55,909 bases of DNA from the IMG/VR virus record IMGVR_UViG_3300036781_000607, positions 1 through 55,909 of that record. One strand, 5' to 3'. The notes under the pieces are model-generated. The model had not been told where the DNA came from and did no database searches. It worked only from the letters and a program-made list of their open reading frames with translations. Source of the stretch: a virus. Positions within the stretch are counted from its first letter, which is position 1; each line of letters begins with the position of its first letter. Position numbers and translations under genes: made by a program. Shown piece by piece: positions 8,758 through 17,867 of this stretch.

Positions 8758-9395
8758 TAAGTATAATTCATCCAACGCGTAACCGTTTTAAACAAGCGCA
8801 GGAAACTACTAATAAGTGGCTATCAAGAGCTGACGGAAACATAGAATATATTTTAAGTGTAGATTTAGATGACTTAAACTATAAAAACTCATCTATCGCT
8901 TTTATATCTGATAATAAATCTGCTATTGAGGCTATAAATAATGCTGCTAAGAAAGCTTCCGGTAATATATTCATCATAATTTCTGATGATACGGATTGTC
9001 CTGAACACTGGGACACATTACTTTTACAGGCGCTTGAAGGCAAATCGGATTTCTGCGCTAAGACTGATGATGGCCTGCAGCCGACTCTGATCACTATGCC
9101 GATCATGGATCGCATTTATTATGAGCGGTACGGTTATGTTTATCATCCTGATTTTTTACACATGCACTGTGATGAAGAACTTACTTGTGTTGCATTAATG
9201 ACCGGAAAATATATAAAATTACCTATTACGTTCTTACACAATCACTACACTACAGGTAAGACAGAAATCGATGATATCAATCGAAAAAATAATGCTACCT
9301 GGGCGCAAGGACAAAAAACTTTGAATGAGCATGCTAAAAATAACTTTGGAATCGAAAACCCAGTTATGCGCAGAGAGGATATTATATGGAAATAG
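8754..9395 (+). CDS. GT-A-like glycosyltransferase
   Basis: MISIIHPTRNRFKQAQETTNKW..., then IFIIISDDTD. Confidence 0.5.
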   Translation: MISIIHPTRNRFKQAQETTNKWLSRADGNIEYILSVDLDDLNYKNSSIAFISDNKSAIEAINNAAKKASGNIFIIISDDTDCPEHWDTLLLQALEGKSDFCAKTDDGLQPTLITMPIMDRIYYERYGYVYHPDFLHMHCDEELTCVALMTGKYIKLPITFLHNHYTTGKTEIDDINRKNNATWAQGQKTLNEHAKNNFGIENPVMRREDIIWK

Positions 9396-9868
9396 AAATC
9401 TGGAAATCTCTCCCTATAACTGATGATTATTTAGCATCTTCATTTGGCAGAATAAAGTCATTAAAATCAAATAAGGAAAAAATATTAAAGCCTCAAAAAG
9501 GTAAAAATGAACCTTATTATGATGTAACGTTAAGAATAAATGGTAAATCTACTATGAAAAGAATACACGTATTGGTTGCATTGGCGTTTCATCTAAATCC
9601 TGAACATAAAAAGACAGTTAATCACAAAGATGCTAATAAGTTAAATAACTACGCCTCTAATTTAGAATGGGCGACATATAAGGAAAATTTAAATCATATG
9701 ATGCTATTAAATTTAAATCCTCAATATGTAAAAGTTGTTCACTTAGAGACAGGTATTTTTTATGATAGGGCGTTAGATGCCGCAGTTGCTTATGGTATAG
9801 TTCCTTCCACTCTATACAATGCCTTAAACGGGTTTCGTAAAAATAAATTTAATATCATCGAAGTATGA
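9386..9868 (+). CDS. HNH homing endonuclease with NUMOD4-like N-terminus
   Basis: WKSLPITDDYLASSFGRIKSLK (NUMOD4-like) and VNHKDANKLNNYASNLEWATYKEN (HNH_3-like). Confidence 0.75.
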   Translation: MEIEIWKSLPITDDYLASSFGRIKSLKSNKEKILKPQKGKNEPYYDVTLRINGKSTMKRIHVLVALAFHLNPEHKKTVNHKDANKLNNYASNLEWATYKENLNHMMLLNLNPQYVKVVHLETGIFYDRALDAAVAYGIVPSTLYNALNGFRKNKFNIIEV

Positions 9869-10407
9869 TTCAACTATCAATACTTATAACGACAATGCCG
9901 ATACGGTCCAACAAGCTGGCCGATCTTCGCCAGGTTCTTGATCGCCAGTTAACGCCTGAAGTGGAAGTAGTGACGGATATTTCGATGAATTATAATATTG
10001 GTACCAAGCGCAATAAATTACTTTCTTTAGCCTCGGGAAAATATGTAGTTTTCATTGATGACGATGACCTTATCAGTTCAGACTACATTGAAAAAATACT
10101 GGAAGCTTGTAAATCTGATTGTGATTGTATTGGTATCAGTGGAGTAATCACGACAAATGGCAGGAATGAAATGCAGTGGCACATTTCCAAAGATTATATG
10201 GGTTGGTTTGAACGAAAAAATGTTTATTACCGTACGCCAAACCATATATCCCCTGTTAAACGTGAGCTGGCGCTATTGGCGGGGTTCCCAGAGATTAGTT
10301 TTGCAGAAGATCACGAATATTCGATGCGTTTGTTGCCCATGTTAAAAACTGAATTTAAGATACCAGGCATTTTATACTACTATAAATTTGAAAGTAAAAG
10401 AAGATGA
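9865..10407 (+). CDS. Glycosyltransferase family 2
   Basis: LSILITTMPIRSNKLADL... and KYVVFIDDDDLIS (DxD). Confidence 0.7.
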   Translation: MIQLSILITTMPIRSNKLADLRQVLDRQLTPEVEVVTDISMNYNIGTKRNKLLSLASGKYVVFIDDDDLISSDYIEKILEACKSDCDCIGISGVITTNGRNEMQWHISKDYMGWFERKNVYYRTPNHISPVKRELALLAGFPEISFAEDHEYSMRLLPMLKTEFKIPGILYYYKFESKRR

Positions 10408-11051
10408 ATAAAAAAGCTATAATATCATTTGCTAATGCTAATAACCGCTATGTTCAAAATATAGCGCGATTATCTGAAAGTTTACGTAATAACGCCCCGG
10501 AAATCGATTTTTTAGCCTGGATAGGAGAAAGTTCAGTTGGCGCTCCTTTACATTCTGAAAATCCATATGCCTTTAAAATATACTGTTGGGAACAAGCTTT
10601 AAAAGCAGGTTACCGGCAAATTTTATGGGTAGACGCTTCTTGTTTTGCTATTAAAAATGTTACACCTGTTTTTGATGTTTTAGATGAAGATGGATATATA
10701 GCTCAGCAGGCCGGTTATTTTTTAAATGAATGGTGCAATGATGAAACTTTAGAATATTTTGAAATATCAAGAAAAGAAACTGAATCGATCCCGATGATAG
10801 GAAACGCTGGTTTTTTAGGTCTTAATTTTGACCGAAAAGAAGCTAATCAGTTTTATGATAACTGGAAAAACTCAATGGAAGCTGGAATGTTTAAAGGTTC
10901 CTGGGAAAATCACCGTCATGATATGTCATGCAGTAGTGCTTTATGGTATCAGTGGGGGATGAAATATCAACCGGGGGATCAATGGCTACAGTATGCGGGT
11001 TTATTTGATGAAACAGCTAATGATACAATAATTTTTAAAGCGCAAGGATAA
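10404..11051 (+). CDS. Putative nucleotide-diphospho-sugar transferase-like protein
   Basis: 215 aa, AIISFANANNRY...ILWVDASCF pattern. The assignment is weak. Confidence 0.4.
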   Translation: MNKKAIISFANANNRYVQNIARLSESLRNNAPEIDFLAWIGESSVGAPLHSENPYAFKIYCWEQALKAGYRQILWVDASCFAIKNVTPVFDVLDEDGYIAQQAGYFLNEWCNDETLEYFEISRKETESIPMIGNAGFLGLNFDRKEANQFYDNWKNSMEAGMFKGSWENHRHDMSCSSALWYQWGMKYQPGDQWLQYAGLFDETANDTIIFKAQG

Positions 11052-11052
11052 A

Positions 11053-11625
11053 ATGGGAATAACTCAAAACTCTTTAGACCGTTTCAATCGGCACGTAGCA
11101 AACCTGGATACCATGCTGATCTTAGGTTGCCAAAATATGTACGGAGACACAAATTACGGTGAAATAGCCCGTGACTTTTTTACCCGTCACGGCTTCAAAG
11201 TAACTGATATTGATATTACTGGGTGCCAGGGGAGCCAGCAAATTGATCTCCGGGAACCAATTAATTTTGAAAATCAGTTCGGTATTATCATGCAGCACGG
11301 AACAGTGGAGCATATTGATGGTTCTTTATACCAGCCTTTTAAAAATATCCATGAAGCCTGTGCAGTTAAGGGTTTTATACTCCATGAAAACCCGATGACA
11401 AATAATTGGCCGAAACATGGTCAGCATTACTTTACTGAAAAATTCTATATTGAACTGGCCAAAGCCTGTAATTATGAATTGCTGGAAGTATGCTCAGAAG
11501 CAGCAATGAGTAATACAGTTGATGGATGGAATATCTGCGCAGTCCTTCGCAAAGTAGAAGATGCTGAATTTATCAGTGAAGAAGAATTTAACAAAATTTA
11601 TTCAAAACATATTAAATCAAAATAA
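11053..11625 (+). CDS. Possible SAM-dependent methyltransferase-like protein
   Basis: TMLILGCQNMYGD...TDIDITGCQG loosely resembles MTase motifs I and II. The call is weak. Confidence 0.35.
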   Translation: MGITQNSLDRFNRHVANLDTMLILGCQNMYGDTNYGEIARDFFTRHGFKVTDIDITGCQGSQQIDLREPINFENQFGIIMQHGTVEHIDGSLYQPFKNIHEACAVKGFILHENPMTNNWPKHGQHYFTEKFYIELAKACNYELLEVCSEAAMSNTVDGWNICAVLRKVEDAEFISEEEFNKIYSKHIKSK

Positions 11626-11627
11626 TT

Positions 11628-11909
11628 ATGTTGTTCAAAGTAGGAAATGAAATCATAGATACCGAAACTACACCGGTAGCCTTAATCTTTAAAACTAAAG
11701 AGGAAGGTAAAGTTGTAGGTGAAATTATTGCCAATATTAAAAATGGGGATAGCCAATATTCAGTTGAAAATAATGGTAACTGGTGGATGATGTTTCCTGC
11801 CGGAGTATCAAAAGAAGAAATTGATAAATGGTCAATTCTTACACCTGAACAAAAAGAATTACTCGAAAAAGCACCTTGTGTTTCAACTATAATAACCAAT
11901 GAGCTATGA
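11628..11909 (+). CDS. Hypothetical protein
   Basis: 93-aa ORF whose stop overlaps the next ATG (ATGA). Confidence 0.5.
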   Translation: MLFKVGNEIIDTETTPVALIFKTKEEGKVVGEIIANIKNGDSQYSVENNGNWWMMFPAGVSKEEIDKWSILTPEQKELLEKAPCVSTIITNEL

Positions 11910-12187
11910 AACCAATAGATTTCCCCGGTCGTAATATTATTTTTGCTGAAGATCAGCCGGAATACCAACCATTGCCTGCCATTTTAATGCCTGACCCCGA
12001 AGCGGAAGTAATTTCCTGTTAGGAATTGTCTGATGAAGAAATAGCCACTATCGTTAAAAACAGGTGTCTGTTTATTTCACAACTTTGCTTCAGGCATGAA
12101 AATGAAAAAGGCGAGATGGTGAACAATGCTTTACAACCAATTTTACCGATGACCCAATTAGGTGATAATATAATGCTACTACCATGA
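11906..12187 (+). pseudogene. 93-codon gene interrupted by a single in-frame TAG at 12020-12022 (nonsense mutation or read-through)
   Basis: ATG 11906 overlaps the upstream stop (ATGA) and its TGA at 12185-12187 overlaps the next ATG (ATGA). The only interruption is TAG after ...EVISC, followed by ELSDEEIATIV... Confidence 0.55.
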
Positions 12188-12474
12188 GTTTTACAAAATT
12201 AATTCCTGTATTCGTACAAGAAATGCCAGAAATTAAAGAACAAGGTATTTTGTATATTTCGTATAAATACGAAACTGCAATTCATTTATGTGCTTGCGGT
12301 TGTGGGGAGTTAACTATTACTCCATTTTCTCAAGGATGGAAAATAATTAACACTCCTATACAAGTTGATGGACAGAATCAAAATATTATTACTATACGCC
12401 CCTCAATAGGTAATCAAAAATTACCTTGTAAATCACACTATTTTATAACAAATAATCAAATTGATTGGAGATGA
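12184..12474 (+). CDS. Small Cys-rich protein (CxCGCGE ... PSI ... C.SHYF..N motifs), DUF6527-like from memory
   Basis: HLCACGCGELTITP...IRPSIGNQKLPCKSHYFITNNQIDW. Confidence 0.5.
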   Translation: MSFTKLIPVFVQEMPEIKEQGILYISYKYETAIHLCACGCGELTITPFSQGWKIINTPIQVDGQNQNIITIRPSIGNQKLPCKSHYFITNNQIDWR

Positions 12475-13091
12475 ATTCAGTAGCCCAAAACAAAGAGGAC
12501 CTGTTCATACAGGAATACTTCGGTGATTTTAAAGGTACTTTACTCGATATTGGATCGAATGACGGAATTACATTTTCAAATTCACGTTTACTTATCGAAA
12601 ATGGATTTAAAGCGCACCTTGTTGAACCTTCCTCGGTTTTCTATGACCTGAAACGCTTGTATCTCGGCAATCAGAATGTACATTGTTACAATGTGGCTAT
12701 TGGAGAACAGCAGGGAATTGTCGATTTTTACGAATCAGGTGCTCATGTTCCGAATGGTACTGATAAAGCCCTGGTGTCTACACTGGATTTCAACGAAACA
12801 CAGCGGTGGGCGAATGTACAATTCAACAAGATCAAAGTCAATGTGGTACCGTTCAATTTCCTGTGGGAAATGACCGACTTTGCAAAATTCGACTTTATAT
12901 CGATTGACGCCGAAGGGCATGATCTCACTATTTTAAGGCAAATTGACCTGGATGCTGTAAGGTGTAAATGCCTGATCATTGAACATAATGGTAGTGAGGA
13001 TTTAAAAACTGATTTCTGCAGGTATTGCGTTGATCAATTCGGTATGAAATTAGCACTTGTGAATGCTGAAAATATTATCTTTATACGTTAA
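12465..13091 (+). CDS. FkbM-family methyltransferase
   Basis: LLDIGSNDGITFSNS...HLVEPSS...VAIGEQQGIVDFYES...ISIDAEGHDLTIL matches the FkbM pattern. Confidence 0.7.
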   Translation: MEMNSVAQNKEDLFIQEYFGDFKGTLLDIGSNDGITFSNSRLLIENGFKAHLVEPSSVFYDLKRLYLGNQNVHCYNVAIGEQQGIVDFYESGAHVPNGTDKALVSTLDFNETQRWANVQFNKIKVNVVPFNFLWEMTDFAKFDFISIDAEGHDLTILRQIDLDAVRCKCLIIEHNGSEDLKTDFCRYCVDQFGMKLALVNAENIIFIR

Positions 13092-13104
13092 AACCCATAA
13101 AACA

Positions 13105-14172
13105 ATGAACGAGACTCTATATGTGATCACACCGATCTTTAACCCCCGGCGCTTTACCAGCCGTATCAAACTTTACAACCAATTCGCAAAATATATGCAG
13201 GATTGTGGTGTCAAACTGATCACAGTAGAAGTCGCCTTTGCTGACCGGCCCTTCGAGGTTACCAATCATTATAACCCTTATCATTTGCAACTCAGGAGCC
13301 CCGTAGAACTATGGCATAAAGAACGTGCTATCAACCTGGGAATTGAGCATCTTAAAAAATTACATCCGGAAGTTAAGAAAGTCGCCTGGATAGACGCGGA
13401 TGTTCATTTCAGCAATCCTAACTGGGTAACAGATACATTATATGCTCTTGATCATTATCATGTTGTACAGATGTTCTCACAAGCTACTAACCTGGGGCCG
13501 AAGCATGAAATACTCGATAAATTTGAAGGTGCTTTTGCTCACTGGCGTAATCGTAAACCTCCTGTTCATGTTTGTGATTATCCTTTATCTGAACTTGGTG
13601 GCGGCCATCCGGGTTTAGCCTGGGCCGCAACTATTGATATACTGGAAAAACTTGGCGGTTTATTAGATCGATGTGTTCATGGTAGTGGTGACAGCCACAT
13701 GGCAAACGCGTTACGTGGTGATGTGCATACTTATTATTTAAAACGTGAAACATCTGAAGCCTTTAAAAAGATGCTGGATGACTGGCAGGCGCTGTGCGAT
13801 AAATTCGTAAAACGAAACGTTGGGCATATCGAAGGTGTGTGTAATCATTACTGGCATGGTGCTTACCAAAAAAGAGGTTATAATACCCGGTGGGACGTTA
13901 TATGCCATCATGAGTATGATCCTTTTGTAGATATCGAGTATGATGACAACGGTTTATACAAATTCACAGGTAATAAGCCTGATTTTGAGCAAGACCTGCG
14001 TTTATCAATGATCGCACGTAATGATGATGATAATGTCATTACGTATGACCCTGCAAAAATTGTAAAAGAGGGGGATAAGATCGGTAATAAAGTACTACGC
14101 CGCGTTTCTGCCGGCTTCGCAGAGAAAAATCCGGACTTAGGTTTAAAAGAAGGTGATTTATGGCCGATGTAA
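13105..14172 (+). CDS. Putative GT-A-like glycosyltransferase (355 aa from the ATG at 13105)
   Basis: LYVITPIFNPRRFTSRIKLY...VAWIDADVHF. The ATG at 13105 avoids overlap with the FkbM gene. Confidence 0.5.
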   Translation: MNETLYVITPIFNPRRFTSRIKLYNQFAKYMQDCGVKLITVEVAFADRPFEVTNHYNPYHLQLRSPVELWHKERAINLGIEHLKKLHPEVKKVAWIDADVHFSNPNWVTDTLYALDHYHVVQMFSQATNLGPKHEILDKFEGAFAHWRNRKPPVHVCDYPLSELGGGHPGLAWAATIDILEKLGGLLDRCVHGSGDSHMANALRGDVHTYYLKRETSEAFKKMLDDWQALCDKFVKRNVGHIEGVCNHYWHGAYQKRGYNTRWDVICHHEYDPFVDIEYDDNGLYKFTGNKPDFEQDLRLSMIARNDDDNVITYDPAKIVKEGDKIGNKVLRRVSAGFAEKNPDLGLKEGDLWPM

Positions 14173-14717
14173 AAATTCATTATATACAACCATATAGAAC
14201 CGATAAAAATATTGGTAAAGCAATCAATGAAACTATCCAAAATCTACGGTACGAACCTGATGATTTTATCATATTAACCGATCACGATACTTTATGGCTG
14301 CTGCCCGACTCTAAGGCCCAGGTGGAACGAATCCTTATGGGCACTGATTATGATATCCTCGGGTGCATGACCAACCGTATACGTTCTCCTGAGCAGCTTA
14401 TAAACGGCAGGTTCATTGAGAACGACAGTATCCGTGATCATATCGTGCTGGCTGAGAAATGCCGGGAGAATGCAGGAGATTACGTGAAAGAGGCCCACAA
14501 CGCGGTAGCGGCTTTTTGCATGTGTTTCCGGGTATCAGTGTGGGTGCGTGTCAGTGGTTTCGTGGAGAATGTTTTAACGTTCGATTCCGAGTTCTGCCGC
14601 GAGGCACGGGTGACCTGCCGGGCTAAAGTCGGTATTATGTGTGGCGTGTATGTGTGGCACAGCTACCGGCTTGATAAGAAAAATCCAAAATCATATATTA
14701 AACACTTAGAAAAATAA
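14160..14717 (+). CDS. Putative glycosyltransferase (GT2-like)
   Basis: DDFIILTDHDTLWLLPD (DxD-like) and AFCMCFRVSVW resemble GT2. Confidence 0.5.
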   Translation: MADVKIHYIQPYRTDKNIGKAINETIQNLRYEPDDFIILTDHDTLWLLPDSKAQVERILMGTDYDILGCMTNRIRSPEQLINGRFIENDSIRDHIVLAEKCRENAGDYVKEAHNAVAAFCMCFRVSVWVRVSGFVENVLTFDSEFCREARVTCRAKVGIMCGVYVWHSYRLDKKNPKSYIKHLEK

Positions 14718-14722
14718 AAATT

Positions 14723-14950
14723 ATGGAAAAGGACAGATTAAATGCGATCATGCAAATTTTTGCTGAACTTGATCACGGAGAACAAGTAGATTTATTTTTG
14801 AATCTTAAAGATGCACTTTTACAAAACCGTGCTGCGCGTCGGGAAGAACATGAAAAAATACTGCAGGTACAACAAGAAAATATCAAAACGATCTTTGCCG
14901 GTAATGATATGATTATCAGTAATAATAGCGCAGCAGTAAAAACCGGTTAA
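14723..14950 (+). CDS. Hypothetical protein (last gene of the cassette)
   Basis: 75-aa ORF followed by a terminator hairpin. Confidence 0.45.
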   Translation: MEKDRLNAIMQIFAELDHGEQVDLFLNLKDALLQNRAARREEHEKILQVQQENIKTIFAGNDMIISNNSAAVKTG

Positions 14951-14960
14951 TTATTTAACC

Positions 14961-14989
14961 GCCGGTGAGTCCTTTGCCGGCTATTTTTT
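14961..14989 (+). terminator. Intrinsic terminator closing the glycosyltransferase cassette
   Basis: GCCGG-tgagtcctttg-CCGGC followed by TATTTTTT. Confidence 0.6.
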
Positions 14990-15088
14990 GTATATTTATA
15001 GTTCGATGTTCAGGATCGTAACTTTTAAAACATTATAGCTATTGGTGAGTAGGGCCTGAACCCCGAAAGCCAGTGGCTTTTTTATTTT

Positions 15089-15619
15089 ATGGAACTTACA
15101 CAAGAATTAGTTAGAGAGTTATTTAATTATCATGAGGACGGTTATTTGATCTGGAAAATAAAGCCCAGACAAAATGTAAATATTGGTGATATAGCCGGTC
15201 ATTTAACTATTGATAGAGGTGAAAAACGTCATTCAACTATGATTTATGGAAAAGGTTACCGTATATCAAGATTAATTTTCTTTTACCATACGGGTAAATG
15301 GCCTCAAACTATAGACCACATAAACCGCGTTACAACTGATAATAGAATACAAAATTTACGTGCTGCTACTCGGGCTGAAAATAGTCGAAACAGAAATCCA
15401 TCTAAAAATTCTTCCTCAAAATATCTCGGGGTAGGTTGGCATAAAGCTACTCAAAAATGGTGCGCTAAAATAAAAGCAGAAGGTAAGGATAAACATTTAG
15501 GAGTTTTTACATCTGAAATTACTGCTGCTTTAATTTATAATAAGTCAGCGGTAAAATATTTTGGTGAATTTGCAAACCTAAATATTATAATTCCTTCAAA
15601 TGCTCAAAATAACTTTTAG
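15089..15619 (+). CDS. HNH-AP2 homing endonuclease (paralog of 41054-41569)
   Basis: IDHINRVTTDNRIQNLRAATRAEN (HNH) and SKYLGVGWHKATQKWCAKI...LGVF...AALIYNKSAVKYFGEFANLN (AP2 domain). Confidence 0.8.
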   Translation: MELTQELVRELFNYHEDGYLIWKIKPRQNVNIGDIAGHLTIDRGEKRHSTMIYGKGYRISRLIFFYHTGKWPQTIDHINRVTTDNRIQNLRAATRAENSRNRNPSKNSSSKYLGVGWHKATQKWCAKIKAEGKDKHLGVFTSEITAALIYNKSAVKYFGEFANLNIIIPSNAQNNF

Positions 15620-17036
15620 GTTTTTCGGTTTGATTTTCACCTGCTACGGCCGCCGTTACGTGAGCTGCCCCCTGTTGTACAGTACCATCCATAATGCTCT
15701 GCATCGGAGTTTTAGTAATAGGTACCCATATCAAGTCAGCGCCTGGCTCTGTACTGCGACCATAACCGATTACTTCACGTTTTTCATTTAAAGAAAGGAA
15801 ATCGGCTTTTACCAGGTAATCAACGGTGCCTTTCACATCGTCCTGAAGTTCCGGCAAGCCCATAAAGTCTTTCTCAACTATGTAGGTGGCGTGGCTCGTG
15901 TTATACGGAGTACAGATAAAGGCTGTCATCGCTTTACTGAACTTACGGCAGTAAGGTGCGATTGCATTATAGGCAAGCTGTCGGTTCGCTACCGGCAGAT
16001 TGTTGTATGTCGCAGTATCTTGACTTCTGAACTGCAATGGTACGTGAAATCCCCGGTAAATATCATCTGCTTTCGCATCTGAGGCTTCCAGAGCTTTTAA
16101 ATCAGCTATCGGCAAACCTATTGCTGTCCATTTCAAGGGTATGGCCACCGGTACGATCCGGTCAAGGCGATCATTTGATGCATAAGCTGTTTTAAGAGAT
16201 TCCCCGGTCTGCTCCATTTGTGGTTCTCCCCAGTTATCTTCTTTATTCTCGGGATTAAGTAAACCTATTGAGCCCCCGTTTTTAACTTGTTTATCTACTT
16301 CACGGTCAACATTTTTTAATATGTCAATGGAGTACAGATAAGCTTTAAGTACTGGTAGCCCGTAACCCTGTGATCCTGCCGGATCATAACGGGGATTGAG
16401 TGTTTTTATATGTTTAATTTGATTGGCGGGAAACGGTCTGTTCTGAAGATAGTTAGTCATTTGATATTCAACAACCGGATCCATGAAATTCTGTCCTGCT
16501 TTAATAGTCATTTCGCTTGGTATGCACCATAGTTCGGACCATTTGCCTGCTTTCCGGTCAGCATCATTACCTGCATTTCCGTACAGATAAGTATTGCCGC
16601 GAAGCAGTAGTAAAGCACTTGCCAGTTCCCAGAGTGAGTCCCCATCTGTTTCCGGATTTGGGTTTTCCAGTAATTTTTCTATCGCAGGCATTGATACTTC
16701 TTCCAGTGCATTAACTTTTGCAATCAGCATTTTAGCTATATCGCCACCTTCACAAGCCTGTAAATATTTCTTATAATCTTTTTGGCTTTTAACGCGGTAC
16801 ACGATCCAGGGACAAGCAACGAATTTTTTAACGATCAGGTCAACACATTCATAAACTGCGCCTACCTGTTCAAAAGCTTTTTCGGAGTAGTTATAACCAT
16901 TCGGGTTGATCGTGACCTGAACATTATTGATCAGTTGGTTGAGGTTTTGCTGGAACAGGTTTTGGGTAATATGGGATACCTGTTGGTTGACCCTCTTATC
17001 AATTGTGCCTTTGAGCAGGTAATTCAATATTCCCAT
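15585..17036 (-). CDS. Portal protein (HK97 family-like)
   Basis: 483 aa, in the minus-strand packaging and head gene set. Confidence 0.8.
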   Translation of the reverse strand: MGILNYLLKGTIDKRVNQQVSHITQNLFQQNLNQLINNVQVTINPNGYNYSEKAFEQVGAVYECVDLIVKKFVACPWIVYRVKSQKDYKKYLQACEGGDIAKMLIAKVNALEEVSMPAIEKLLENPNPETDGDSLWELASALLLLRGNTYLYGNAGNDADRKAGKWSELWCIPSEMTIKAGQNFMDPVVEYQMTNYLQNRPFPANQIKHIKTLNPRYDPAGSQGYGLPVLKAYLYSIDILKNVDREVDKQVKNGGSIGLLNPENKEDNWGEPQMEQTGESLKTAYASNDRLDRIVPVAIPLKWTAIGLPIADLKALEASDAKADDIYRGFHVPLQFRSQDTATYNNLPVANRQLAYNAIAPYCRKFSKAMTAFICTPYNTSHATYIVEKDFMGLPELQDDVKGTVDYLVKADFLSLNEKREVIGYGRSTEPGADLIWVPITKTPMQSIMDGTVQQGAAHVTAAVAGENQTEKPKSYFEHLKEL

Positions 17037-17093
17037 GAAACAAATATAAAAATTTTGTTTGCATATAAGTGTGGAAAATTTTTCGTGAAATTT

Positions 17094-17498
17094 TCAGCAG
17101 TTTGTTAAGTATCCATTCTGTAGAAACCCGTGATAAGAACCTATTGCTATACTTCCTGCTCCTGCTGCACAAGTATTTCCTACTTTATCAACAGTAAAAT
17201 TTGGTACTTCACCGTGCCGGCACCAGCATCTGTGTTCTTTATTTTCAGGTTTTGTGCAATTAGAAGCTTGGCTATCAATATACCACCAACGGTTCCCCGG
17301 ACAAATGCAAACATAACTTCTACCGTCCTCACCGACTTGAAAACCCTGATCTGTTACGTCTATAATAGCGCCGGCGCCAAAATGTCGAGAAGTGCCTGTT
17401 TCGCCGGTATCTATACGCCTATAAATAGGACTGCTTACACCATCAATAAAATCGGTATATTCTCCTGTTTTTTCTATTAAAAAGCACTTAATATCCAT
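17094..17498 (-). CDS. Cys/His-rich small protein, distant paralog of 12184-12474
   Basis: HRCWCRHGEVPNFTV...CAAGAGSIAIGSYHGFLQNGYL parallels HLCACGCGELTITP...PSIG...CKSHYFITNNQI. Confidence 0.5.
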   Translation of the reverse strand: MDIKCFLIEKTGEYTDFIDGVSSPIYRRIDTGETGTSRHFGAGAIIDVTDQGFQVGEDGRSYVCICPGNRWWYIDSQASNCTKPENKEHRCWCRHGEVPNFTVDKVGNTCAAGAGSIAIGSYHGFLQNGYLTNC

Positions 17499-17511
17499 AA
17501 TTTAAATAAAA

Positions 17512-17539
17512 ACCGCCGAAATCCTTATGTTCCGGCGGT
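17512..17539 (-). terminator. Hairpin A with flanking T/A runs, about 10 nt upstream of the ATG at 17498
   Basis: ACCGCCG, a 14-nt loop, then CGGCGGT. On the minus strand it is followed by TTTTATTT. Confidence 0.55.
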
Positions 17540-17571
17540 CGTTTTCAACATGAAGAACTCAGTCCCTACTA

Positions 17572-17593
17572 AGGCTATAAATATAATAAAAAT
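17572..17593. repeat. 22-bp AT-rich box AGGCTATAAATATAATAAAAAT, copy 1
   Basis: Identical to 17679-17700. Confidence 0.85.
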
Positions 17594-17607
17594 TTTTAAC
17601 AAGAAAA

Positions 17608-17650
17608 ACCGCCGGAAAAGTGGAGTTCGATCAAAACATACTTCGGCGGT
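17608..17650 (-). terminator. Hairpin B, same 7-bp stem sequence as hairpin A
   Basis: ACCGCCG ... CGGCGGT. On the minus strand it is followed by TTTTTCTTG. Confidence 0.55.
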
Positions 17651-17678
17651 TTTCTTTCATAAGTGGTGCCTCATGATT

Positions 17679-17700
17679 AGGCTATAAATATAATAAAAAT
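17679..17700. repeat. 22-bp AT-rich box, copy 2
   Basis: Identical to 17572-17593. Confidence 0.85.
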
Positions 17701-17867
17701 ATTTTTCATAATAGCCGGTTTTTGCTCAAATATTTTTCTACATGGGGTCTGCGGCAAACGAAATTACAAAGTTGTCCTTTTGTTTTTAATGGATCCTTTG
17801 AGATATTACTTTATTGATTATCAACAATTTAAATAATAAAATGTGGATAACTTTTATTAAATAATAC

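Noticed and set aside
13063-13104. Longer start (13063) for the GT-like ORF
   Set aside because: That start would overlap the FkbM gene by 29 nt. The ATG at 13105 gives the conserved-looking N-terminus MNETLYVITPIFNP.
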